IMG/VR virus record: IMGVR_UViG_3300021962_000576
Location: 1-25,870 of that record
DNA: 25,870 nucleotides
Source of the DNA: a virus
Taxonomy: Duplodnaviria; Caudoviricetes
Direction: 5' to 3' (one strand)
Part shown: positions 1 through 8,735 of the stretch, in pieces
How the letters are laid out: each line of letters opens with the position of its first letter
Numbering within the stretch: the stretch's first letter is position 1
Notes under the pieces: model-generated
Seen by the model: the letters and a program-made list of their open reading frames with translations, nothing else
Told to the model about the DNA's origin: nothing
The model's database searches: none
Made by a program: the position numbers and the translations under genes

Positions 1-2
1 AC

Positions 3-3000
3 CAAAACATAATTCTTGTTGACCCGAACAGAACTATTGATGATAATAACAATGTTGCTGAAAGATTAGTAGACCATGAAAATTTGGTTATGTATGCTAA
101 CTTGGAAGCACAACAAATTCCAAGAACGAGATTAGCGGTTGGAGGTTCTCCTGAAGATGTTGTTAGAAACGTATCAATTGCATCAATCAATTTTCTAAGA
201 CCTGGTAAGAAAAACCCAAATGGTCCTGATTTTCTAACCAATGATTATTTGGATGAAATAACGGGTGAAAATTCTGTTGCGGGAGAGGCAATCAACCAAA
301 GAAAAGAAAGAATTATTCAAAACTCCAATGATGATTATTATTACATCAATGAACTGGTTGATAAAAATAATAATATAGATACAGGATTGTTGGGTATTAC
401 AAGTATCCGTATAAAAACGGGTATGAGTTTTATTCCAACAGTTACTATGGAACTTGAAGACATACAAGGGCGCGCATTGTTTGAAAAAGGTGAACAATCA
501 CCATATGCTGTATTTTTCAATCTACCATATCCACAATTCTATTTGACTATAAAGGGTTATTATGGTCAAGCGGTAAGATATCAACTTGCTTTGGAAACAT
601 TCAATGCCAGGTTCAATACTCAAAGTGGTAACTACCAAATAACATTAGTCTTTAGAGGTTTCAAATATAATATTTTGAATGAAATTGCGTTGGGACATTT
701 GTTGGCAACACCACACATGTATTCAACAACATATAAGATACAACCAGGTACTGAAACACAAGGACAAGGTTCTGCACAAAATAGTGTGGGTAATACAAGT
801 GGTGGTGTTAGAGATGTTATAACAGAAGGTGGATATCAAAAAATTGTTGAAGTTTATTCTGAATATAAAAGTAAGGGGTTAATTCCTGATGATTTCCCTG
901 AACTAACATTGAGTCAACTTATTAAGAGAATGGATAGGTTTGAATTATTACTATCTAATTCAATGGACCAAGCTGATTTGGGACCACTAACTGATGCTCA
1001 AAGTTATTTGATTGATGTTGAGAATTATGCAAAAGACGTTTATTCAACCCCACAAGAATCTTGGTTTGACAAATATATTGATACACAATCCTTTTTGGTT
1101 TTGTCTAAAAACAATCAAAAAGTTTATAGACTAAAAAAACAATTTAGAGAGGATACAACCGCAAGAGAAAAAGCAATATCTGAACTAAAAGCCATAATTG
1201 AAAATTCAAATAGATTATTATCTGAAAACCTTACATTTGGTAGTAAAGGTACCGACCCAATTCAAAACTCAATTGATTACACTGACTTTGTTGTAAATGC
1301 AGAAGCGTCAAATGTGAATTGGGAAAAGACATATACTGAATATTTTGGTAGTGCTGGTACTTCACAACAAATTGAAACATTTAGAACTCAATTAGTTCAA
1401 GAAGGATATTTTGACCAAATATTAGAATCTGATGCTAATGGTAATATAACGTCTTACAATTTGTTTTTTGTATTTGAAGGTGCTGAAGGAACATTCTTAG
1501 CTCAGATAAATCAAATGATTAAGTTGGCTAATTCAAAGAAAAACGATGTTGAATTGGCATTATCAACAAAACTTTCAAAGATGATTGAAAGTAAAAGTTC
1601 GGGTATAGGATTCAAACCATCTATTAGAAACTTTATTGCCGTTATTATGGCAAATACCGAGGCGTTTGTTAGGTTATTGAGTGACGTACACAGAGATGCT
1701 TATGAAAATAGAACAAACCCCGCCAGATTGAATGCAATCAAAGTACAACGAGCATCAGCGTCAAATCAAGACAGGGCTGAAGATGAAGTTTATCCTTGGC
1801 CACAATTCTTTGTTGAGGTTACGAATGGAAAATCAGAAAGGTTCCAACTAAAATACGTTGGAGACCCTGCATATAGAGATTTGACACAATCTTATAACAC
1901 AAAGGCTTGGCCTGAAGTGGCGTTTGTTGAACAATTTATGAGAGGTTCTGCTGAAACATTACAAGAACCCGAGTCTGATGCGATGGATAATGAAACCACA
2001 ACGGTAAATAGAATTACTCTAAATGCATTGGAGTTTCCACAAACAAACGCTCCTTATCTAAATAAAGAAGAGATAAAATACTTCTATGAGATTTGGGAAA
2101 GATTTTATATGTTATCACATTACACTCGTCTTTCAAGAGAAACTGCACAGACAAGTGAAATTTATGATGTGATGGCATCTTTAGAGGCGGACAACATCAT
2201 CACAAGTTTAGGGGTATCAAATCCATATTTGATTAATAAATTGAAACAATATGATTTCAATTCAACAAATTATGTAAACTATCTTTCATCAATATCTAAT
2301 GAGGGTAGAGGTGTTGCGATTCAACAATTCATCAGAGATTATTATGTAACTGGGTATATTCAGGCAATTACCGATAACACATTTGAATTGTTTGATGGTG
2401 ATTATGCGTTATCAGGTGTTGCTCAGGTAAACAAAAACTCAAAAGAAATTGATAAGTTAATTCAATATATTGCGTCAACAAAATCAAATTCAACTGATAT
2501 TACAGATACATATCCTTTTGTTATTGAAGAATGGGATGGTCAAAACCTACAAGATGGGTTACAGTCTGGTGTTGTTGAAAATGTATATAACACAAGTAAG
2601 TCAATCTATTTCAACGAAGACAAAAAACTTATAGCCAACTTTACAACTAATACAGGTTTACAACAAAATAGACCCGTAACATCATTTGGTTTCAATGACC
2701 CCGTCTACCCAAAGATTGACGACTTTACAGATTTCTATGACACGAGGTCACCATACTCTTGTTTCATAACAGAGGGTTCATTGAACTATATAAACTTTGA
2801 TGGAAACACAACCGCAACACAGACAGTTTCCATAATGAATACCCCATTCTTTATCAACGCAATCCAACAAGGAACCTATAATTGGTTGAATGGTGATGAG
2901 TACCCATTTATTCAGGGTTCATACCTTTTCTTGAATAGTTTACCTTTAGCAACTGTTTCTGAGAGATATAAAACAAGTGACGAAGCGACTAAAACTTATG

Positions 3001-6000
3001 TCGATTTGGATTACATATTTGCGAGTTTTAGAAAATATGGTGCGTTACATAAGTTACCATACGCTTGGGTGTTGAAGTATGGTAGTATATGGCACAGATA
3101 TAAAACTTATATCAATACGGGTGTTGACATCTTGGATACGGTTTGGAGTGGTCAAAGTTACGAGTCTAACTACGACCCAATAACTAATAGTATTAATAAG
3201 ACTTATGAAATCACAACTAATGGTGAGACATATTCTATTGTTTTATCTGATACCCAAGTAGATGTGAATGGAAATTCTGAAACAAGAGTCAACGTAGGAT
3301 TTTATCCACGATTGGTGAATGACTTTTATGTATTCCTAAATTCGTATAATCTGTTTTCAACGTATACGAATGAGGATATTCAAAGTGCTATTGATAGGGG
3401 TGAACTTTATGTTGGTAATGTTTTGGACCAAAACTTATTCGCTGAAGATGCAAACGATGCTGATAGAACGGTATCGGTATCTCCGTGGACTACATTTGTA
3501 AAGAGAAGAAGAACACAAAACGAATATTTTATTATCCCATCTATGGGTGGTATTCCGACAACAGGAGATGATACAAGTCAGATTGAAGCCGAGTGTTTCC
3601 TAAATGGTGAGATGGTTACTGAAGTTTCAGGTAATACCAACGTCTATGATGGAACGATTAGAACATTCTGGGGTGCACCCACATATGGTTATTTTGAAAC
3701 AAACAATGTGACCAAACCTGACCATACAGAATATATGAAGGTTCTTACACAAGACCTTACCGAAACAATACAACACGCATTTGCAATTGATGGTTATGAA
3801 ACCGATTCTCCCTATAAATCCATAGAGGATTTATTTGGTACATTTGAAAGGGGTGTGTTGGATTTGATGGAACAAGAGTTTTTGAATTTCTCAAAACCTG
3901 TGTATTCATTGGTAAATAATAATGGTACCACAAGAGTTGGGGTGTTCAATGTTGATAAGGGTGACCAAGACAGACAATATAAAAACTTCCAACTATTGAT
4001 GAGAAGTATTATGTTGGTTCAGAATGTTGGTTCTGCGGACTTTAGTGACTTGGTAAAAGAATTGACTGAAAAACAATTCAGTAATTTGACGAACATGTTG
4101 AGTAATTTCATGGAATATGATGTGGTTCTAAAATTAGGTAACCCATCACAATTCAACAGAAGATTATTCAATTCGTTCTCAAGTCAACCACCTGTTGACA
4201 AAATTTCATTTACCCCCTATGTAACAGGTACTGTACCTGGTGATGGAATCACGGTTGCTCAGTCAAGAGCGGCAAACCCCGCAGCTTGGAATGCTTTGGA
4301 CCTAAATGTTGGATTTAGTACCATTGATGGAATTGCGTACTCTACATCAACAGTACCTGCAGATTCTGCGTCATTTATTACAGATTTCTTTATTGATAAT
4401 AATATTGCCTTTACTGATAGTAATGTTGCTCAGACAGCTCCATTGATAAAGATGTATGCAACACAAAAGTATTTGGATAATACATTAGACTCAACGGCAT
4501 TTACATCATTGATTGATGGATTGAGAACCACACAAGCTGACTTCCAATCAAATTCATTCAATTCAATGTTTACTAAGATTAGAAAAAATCTACCAACTGT
4601 AGATGTACAACCTTCAAGAGTTCAACCAAGTGTTGTGACTGGTACACAATTACCAAGTGAACTTTATGAAACATTCAAAGCACTAAACGATAAATGGATT
4701 GCGGGTTATGATTACACAAACAAAACACTATTTGAAGATATTCTCTTCTTGGATAGAGCGAGCAGGAACATTGGAGACGATGTCATTGCTGATATCTACG
4801 ATTTGAAAAATTACTTTAATTCACTGAACGTAAACGGAACGGTTCAAGATTATATTACAGGTATTCTGACAAAGAACCACTTTGTTGTAATGCCAATGCC
4901 GGCTTATATAAACTTCTATAACGTACAAAATGTAAGTCAAAATGTTACACCAAAGATTGAGGGTAGTTTGGATTTTGCAAACAAAATGTGGGGTACATAT
5001 CTAAACGTTGATACAAGAGCAACAACATCTAAGTTGGTTTGTTTCTATGTTGATAGACCTTCTGAGATTTTGGATATGAATGAAAATTCTGATTTCAGAT
5101 TTAGAGATGATGGATTTGATTTGAGAAGGGCATCTGATAATCCACTATTGGAAGACCAAACAAATAAGACAGACTGGGCTTTGTCAAACAGAGTTGTTGG
5201 ATTCAATGTTGACGTTGGTATAAGAAACCAAAACGTATTTCATGGTTTGACGGTTTCACAAGAACCGGGTAAAGCAACCGCAGAATCCTTGATTGCTTTG
5301 GATAATATGATTGCTCAGGCGAACGGAAAAAACACCTCAACCCAAAACGTAAGTTTGTATTCGATATACAAAACAAGAAGTTATCAGTCAACTGTACAAT
5401 GTTTGGGTAATGCAATGATTCAACCAACCATGTATTACAACCTAAGACACGTACCTATGTTCAATGGTGCGTATATGATTATGGATGTTGAACATATTAT
5501 ATCACCTGGTACCTTTGAAACTACCTTTATGGGTATGAGACAGCCTGTTATTGCTTTATCAACAATTGACAACTTTATACAACAGCTCAACCAAAACTTA
5601 TTAACTAAGATGGTAGGTGAGATTACACAAAAAAGAGGACAACAAGTTCAAAGTAGAGAACAACAGAGTAATGATATTAATAAAACTCAAGAAGCGTCTC
5701 AACCACAGAACAATTCTCAAACATCACCACCTAACACTTGTAATGAAAAACTCAATGTTGAGTATGAAAATTATATCGAGGCAGAAGTTGTGTCGAGAAC
5801 CCATACGTACCAAGAGGTGTATGATATAATAGTTTCAACGTTGGATGATGGTGCATTCTCAAGTCTAAGTGAAGTTCAAAAAACAACACTAACTTATTTG
5901 GCGTTTGGTACATTGTATGTTGAAAACGGTAGTCAATCTTCGTTTGAATCTAAGAATTATAACGTGGCGAATATTAATTTGGAAAAGTTGTGGGGTGGTA

Positions 6001-6812
6001 ATCTTTCAAACTATTTTACAGATGGTTATTTCTGTGCTACATTCCAAAGTGGTAATATAAAACCAATGGCAACATTTGAGTTTTTGGAAGATAACATATA
6101 CTTTACAATGATTAGGTTGAGAGATAGAGTACTGAACATGACAACAAATACGGTTGGTATACCAACGTTGGATAGTGAAGCGGATGTGTATATAAAATAT
6201 TGGCCAAGAGATAACTCATTGAGTGAGGCTCAAGTTACACAAGTAAAATCAACAAGACCTGAAATTGTGACAAAATTTGGTGCTGCTAATGACATTGTGA
6301 ATGGGTTGTCATCCCAAGGTGAGGAACCAAATGGTGGAAACACGACCACAAATACTAATTCATCTGTAAATCAGGAATTGGCTGACATTACAAAAACAGA
6401 TGGAATTAATCAAGGTAAAACATTTACCACTAAGTTTACTGTTACAATGAAACCAAATGTTGGGTTGTGGAAGATGTTTATGTTTGATATGGGTTACAAA
6501 ACAGTACCTGATGACCCAAATGTAGTTGAGTTAGGTTCTGGTGATGTAACATCATTTGCGGCTAATGTTTCTAATTTTCTAAATAGTGATGGACAGTCTA
6601 CTGTTGAAATTGATGTGTTTGATAATTTAATTATTGATGAGGTGTTTGGTGAAGACCCAACAAAACCTAATAGTACTTATCCTCCTGAAGAATCTAAGGG
6701 AGAATACTTATTCCATTTCAGAATTGGGTTTACACCAGTAAACGCTGATGGTACATTAGATACAACTAGAGAACAAAAATATCAAAGATTTGATATTTTA
6801 TACATACTTTGA
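3..6812 (+). CDS. Very large baseplate hub-like virion protein (gp27/VgrG/GPD-like ends, large central insertion, extra C-terminal domains); 5'-truncated by the window
   Basis: Frame is open from base 3 (QNIILVDPNRTIDDNNNVAERLVDHENL, then the track ORF), so the true start is upstream. N-terminal beta-strand pattern GITSIRIK..IPTVTMELEDIQG..FYLTIKGYYG and the segment RSYQSTVQCLGNAMIQP..NGAYMIMDVEHIISPGTFETTFMGMR resemble the ends of gp27/gp44/VgrG hub folds. gp25 and gp6 homologues lie nearby. ORF certain, function inferred. Confidence 0.6.
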   Translation, partial: QNIILVDPNRTIDDNNNVAERLVDHENLVMYANLEAQQIPRTRLAVGGSPEDVVRNVSIASINFLRPGKKNPNGPDFLTNDYLDEITGENSVAGEAINQRKERIIQNSNDDYYYINELVDKNNNIDTGLLGITSIRIKTGMSFIPTVTMELEDIQGRALFEKGEQSPYAVFFNLPYPQFYLTIKGYYGQAVRYQLALETFNARFNTQSGNYQITLVFRGFKYNILNEIALGHLLATPHMYSTTYKIQPGTETQGQGSAQNSVGNTSGGVRDVITEGGYQKIVEVYSEYKSKGLIPDDFPELTLSQLIKRMDRFELLLSNSMDQADLGPLTDAQSYLIDVENYAKDVYSTPQESWFDKYIDTQSFLVLSKNNQKVYRLKKQFREDTTAREKAISELKAIIENSNRLLSENLTFGSKGTDPIQNSIDYTDFVVNAEASNVNWEKTYTEYFGSAGTSQQIETFRTQLVQEGYFDQILESDANGNITSYNLFFVFEGAEGTFLAQINQMIKLANSKKNDVELALSTKLSKMIESKSSGIGFKPSIRNFIAVIMANTEAFVRLLSDVHRDAYENRTNPARLNAIKVQRASASNQDRAEDEVYPWPQFFVEVTNGKSERFQLKYVGDPAYRDLTQSYNTKAWPEVAFVEQFMRGSAETLQEPESDAMDNETTTVNRITLNALEFPQTNAPYLNKEEIKYFYEIWERFYMLSHYTRLSRETAQTSEIYDVMASLEADNIITSLGVSNPYLINKLKQYDFNSTNYVNYLSSISNEGRGVAIQQFIRDYYVTGYIQAITDNTFELFDGDYALSGVAQVNKNSKEIDKLIQYIASTKSNSTDITDTYPFVIEEWDGQNLQDGLQSGVVENVYNTSKSIYFNEDKKLIANFTTNTGLQQNRPVTSFGFNDPVYPKIDDFTDFYDTRSPYSCFITEGSLNYINFDGNTTATQTVSIMNTPFFINAIQQGTYNWLNGDEYPFIQGSYLFLNSLPLATVSERYKTSDEATKTYVDLDYIFASFRKYGALHKLPYAWVLKYGSIWHRYKTYINTGVDILDTVWSGQSYESNYDPITNSINKTYEITTNGETYSIVLSDTQVDVNGNSETRVNVGFYPRLVNDFYVFLNSYNLFSTYTNEDIQSAIDRGELYVGNVLDQNLFAEDANDADRTVSVSPWTTFVKRRRTQNEYFIIPSMGGIPTTGDDTSQIEAECFLNGEMVTEVSGNTNVYDGTIRTFWGAPTYGYFETNNVTKPDHTEYMKVLTQDLTETIQHAFAIDGYETDSPYKSIEDLFGTFERGVLDLMEQEFLNFSKPVYSLVNNNGTTRVGVFNVDKGDQDRQYKNFQLLMRSIMLVQNVGSADFSDLVKELTEKQFSNLTNMLSNFMEYDVVLKLGNPSQFNRRLFNSFSSQPPVDKISFTPYVTGTVPGDGITVAQSRAANPAAWNALDLNVGFSTIDGIAYSTSTVPADSASFITDFFIDNNIAFTDSNVAQTAPLIKMYATQKYLDNTLDSTAFTSLIDGLRTTQADFQSNSFNSMFTKIRKNLPTVDVQPSRVQPSVVTGTQLPSELYETFKALNDKWIAGYDYTNKTLFEDILFLDRASRNIGDDVIADIYDLKNYFNSLNVNGTVQDYITGILTKNHFVVMPMPAYINFYNVQNVSQNVTPKIEGSLDFANKMWGTYLNVDTRATTSKLVCFYVDRPSEILDMNENSDFRFRDDGFDLRRASDNPLLEDQTNKTDWALSNRVVGFNVDVGIRNQNVFHGLTVSQEPGKATAESLIALDNMIAQANGKNTSTQNVSLYSIYKTRSYQSTVQCLGNAMIQPTMYYNLRHVPMFNGAYMIMDVEHIISPGTFETTFMGMRQPVIALSTIDNFIQQLNQNLLTKMVGEITQKRGQQVQSREQQSNDINKTQEASQPQNNSQTSPPNTCNEKLNVEYENYIEAEVVSRTHTYQEVYDIIVSTLDDGAFSSLSEVQKTTLTYLAFGTLYVENGSQSSFESKNYNVANINLEKLWGGNLSNYFTDGYFCATFQSGNIKPMATFEFLEDNIYFTMIRLRDRVLNMTTNTVGIPTLDSEADVYIKYWPRDNSLSEAQVTQVKSTRPEIVTKFGAANDIVNGLSSQGEEPNGGNTTTNTNSSVNQELADITKTDGINQGKTFTTKFTVTMKPNVGLWKMFMFDMGYKTVPDDPNVVELGSGDVTSFAANVSNFLNSDGQSTVEIDVFDNLIIDEVFGEDPTKPNSTYPPEESKGEYLFHFRIGFTPVNADGTLDTTREQKYQRFDILYIL

Positions 6813-6820
6813 TATTTATA
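6813..6820 (+). promoter_or_regulatory. TATTTATA motif, putative phage late promoter element
   Basis: Starts immediately after the hub stop codon; TATTTAT ends 13 nt before ATG 6833. The same core recurs before four other genes. Confidence 0.5.
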
Positions 6821-6832
6821 ATAAAAAATGTT

Positions 6833-7057
6833 ATGGACATAAATATGATTTTAGATAGTTATCTTGGAAAAAAAACCAGAACAAGTGAAAAAGACTTGGG
6901 TGATGGTACAAAACAAGTGTGTGATTTAGACACGGGTGATTGTTACGTTGTCAGAATGAGAGATGGTCTGATTGAGAGAGTTGACAATACAATGCAAACA
7001 CACAGAAGAGTCCAAGTTGAAACGCCTCAAGGAGTTAAACAATTATTAAACGGATAA
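6833..7057 (+). CDS. Small hypothetical protein (74 aa, MDINMILDSYLGKK..VCDLDTGDC..)
   Basis: The track starts at TTG 6809. ATG 6833, after the TATTTATA motif and an A-rich leader, is the more plausible start. Fills the gap between two long + strand genes. Confidence 0.75.
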   Translation: MDINMILDSYLGKKTRTSEKDLGDGTKQVCDLDTGDCYVVRMRDGLIERVDNTMQTHRRVQVETPQGVKQLLNG

Positions 7058-7061
7058 TCTA

Positions 7062-7703
7062 ATGAGTGTTGAAGAAAAAATACTAAAAGAAATTACAAGA
7101 TACAACAGTATCAACAAGTATATTAGTGAGCAAGATGTTCCACCACCTCCAGGTGCTGAGCCAACAACTGATGCTGACACCCCACCAGACCAGGTATCAC
7201 CAATCCCACCAACAACCGCCGAACCAATCGACGTTGATGCAGACCCTGATGTTGAAAAGTTAGATGATGCAGGAAATGCTGAACCTGAGACTGAAGATAC
7301 GGGTGAAAGTGATGAAGTTGATGTAACAGAATTAGTTACATCTCAAAAAGATATTGCATCTAAACAAGACCAATATTTTGAACAACTATTTGGTCAATTA
7401 TCTAACTTAGAGGCTAAGCTAGGTGAAATGGATAGTTTGGTCCAACAATTGAATTCGTTAGAAATGAAAATTGAAAAAATGAGACCAAAAACACCTGAGG
7501 AAAAGTTAGAACTAAGAAGTTTAGATAGTGGTCCTTATAATCAAAAACTAAGTGACTTTTTCGTTGACAAAAAAGACGAGATGGAAAAGTCAGGTAAGAA
7601 TGAATACGTTCTAACTGCTGATGAAGTTGAAGACATCAATCCTGATGAAATCAGAAAAACTTTTGATAGTAGTGATGAAGAAGAAAACGAATTCAGATAT
7701 TGA
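7062..7703 (+). CDS. Acidic, Pro-rich, coiled-coil hypothetical protein (213 aa), possible virion/scaffold-associated protein
   Basis: Starts 4 nt after the previous stop. PPPPGAEPTT/DE-rich low-complexity stretch, heptad segment YFEQLFGQLSNLEAKLGEMDSLVQQLNSLEMKIEKM, followed by a terminator hairpin. Confidence 0.8.
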   Translation: MSVEEKILKEITRYNSINKYISEQDVPPPPGAEPTTDADTPPDQVSPIPPTTAEPIDVDADPDVEKLDDAGNAEPETEDTGESDEVDVTELVTSQKDIASKQDQYFEQLFGQLSNLEAKLGEMDSLVQQLNSLEMKIEKMRPKTPEEKLELRSLDSGPYNQKLSDFFVDKKDEMEKSGKNEYVLTADEVEDINPDEIRKTFDSSDEEENEFRY

Positions 7704-7729
7704 TTTTCACGTTATTTTTACTATTATTT

Positions 7730-7762
7730 AGGTTGGTGGAAACATCAACCTTTTTTATTTTT
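7730..7762 (+). terminator. Rho-independent terminator closing the hub/small-gene unit
   Basis: AGGTTGGTG-GAAA-CATCAACCT: 9-bp stem with one G-U pair, GNRA loop, then TTTTTATTTTT. Confidence 0.85.
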
Positions 7763-7767
7763 GGTCA

Positions 7768-7799
7768 TTTGACAAACTAAAAAACTATAACTAAATTTG
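7768..7799 (+). promoter_or_regulatory. Host-RNA-polymerase promoter, Bacteroidota sigma-A type (-33 TTTG / -7 TAnnTTTG)
   Basis: TTTG at 7768-7771, 20-nt spacer, TAAATTTG at 7792-7799, 25 nt before the ssb ATG. The same bases also read TTGACA-N17-TAAATT. Confidence 0.7.
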
Positions 7800-7824
7800 A
7801 ACTAAACAATTTAAAAAAACAATT

Positions 7825-8676
7825 ATGAGTAACATTTTGGACGCCGTATTGGCACAGTATGAAAAATCAAAAAGCGGAGGGAATTCCCAAGGAACAATGA
7901 CACAAGAAGAGCGAATGAAAAAGTATTTCGCTTGTATCTTGAAAGACAATGAATCATCAGGACAACGTAGAGTACGTATCCTACCAACAGCGGACGGTTC
8001 AAGTCCATTTGTTGAAGTGTGGTACCACGAAATTCAAGTAGGTGGTAAATGGCAAAAATTTTATGACCCAGGAAAAAACGACAACGAACGTTCACCATTG
8101 AATGAGGTGTATGAAGAATTGATGTCAACGGGTAAAGAATCTGACAAAGAATTAGCTAAACAATACAAATCACGTAAGTTTTACATCGTAAAAGTTGTGG
8201 ACCGTAATGCGGAAGAAGAAGGTGTTAAGTTTTGGCGATTCAAACACAACTACAAGAATGAGGGTATCTTAGATAAGATTATTCCTATTTGGCGTCAAAA
8301 AGGTGATGTTACTGACGCAACCAAAGGTCGTGACCTTATTATTGAATTGACTAAATCTAAGACAGGTGCAGGTAAGTCATATACTAATGTATCAACTATT
8401 ATGTATGATGACCCAAGTCCGTTGCATGAAGATGCTGATACAATGAAATCTTGGTTGGCTGACGAATTGACTTGGAATGATGTTTATTCTAAGAAACCTG
8501 TAGAGTATTTGGAAGCAATTGCTCGTGGTGAAGTTCCACGTTGGGATTCAGACCAAGGAAAGTATGTCTATGGTGATGATATGAGTGAGACCATGGTTAT
8601 GGGAGGAACATCAAGTTCAAGTAACTACCAAGACCCACAGGCAAATATGGATGCCGATGAGGACCTTCCATTCTAA
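7825..8676 (+). CDS. ssb: Single-stranded DNA-binding protein, T4 gp32-like
   Basis: RVRILP..PFVEVWYH, KFYIVKVVDR..EGVKFWRF and GDVTD..KGRDLII match the gp32-family layout. Acidic C-tail DADEDLPF. Adjacent to a RecA homologue. Confidence 0.8.
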   Translation: MSNILDAVLAQYEKSKSGGNSQGTMTQEERMKKYFACILKDNESSGQRRVRILPTADGSSPFVEVWYHEIQVGGKWQKFYDPGKNDNERSPLNEVYEELMSTGKESDKELAKQYKSRKFYIVKVVDRNAEEEGVKFWRFKHNYKNEGILDKIIPIWRQKGDVTDATKGRDLIIELTKSKTGAGKSYTNVSTIMYDDPSPLHEDADTMKSWLADELTWNDVYSKKPVEYLEAIARGEVPRWDSDQGKYVYGDDMSETMVMGGTSSSSNYQDPQANMDADEDLPF

Positions 8677-8692
8677 TAAAACAAAACAACAG

Positions 8693-8723
8693 ATAATGCA
8701 CGCACTGCGTGCATTATTTTTTT
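8693..8723 (+). terminator. Perfect inverted repeat plus T-tract between ssb and recA (terminator/attenuator)
   Basis: ATAATGCACGCA-C-TGCGTGCATTAT (12-bp arms, 8693-8717) with a T7 run at 8717-8723. Confidence 0.65.
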
Positions 8724-8735
8724 ATTTCAAATAAT

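Noticed and set aside
6809-8735. Track start codons TTG 6809 and GTG 8709
   Set aside because: They would translate through the TATTTATA motif and the hairpin/T-tract respectively; ATG 6833 and ATG 8736 have better contexts.
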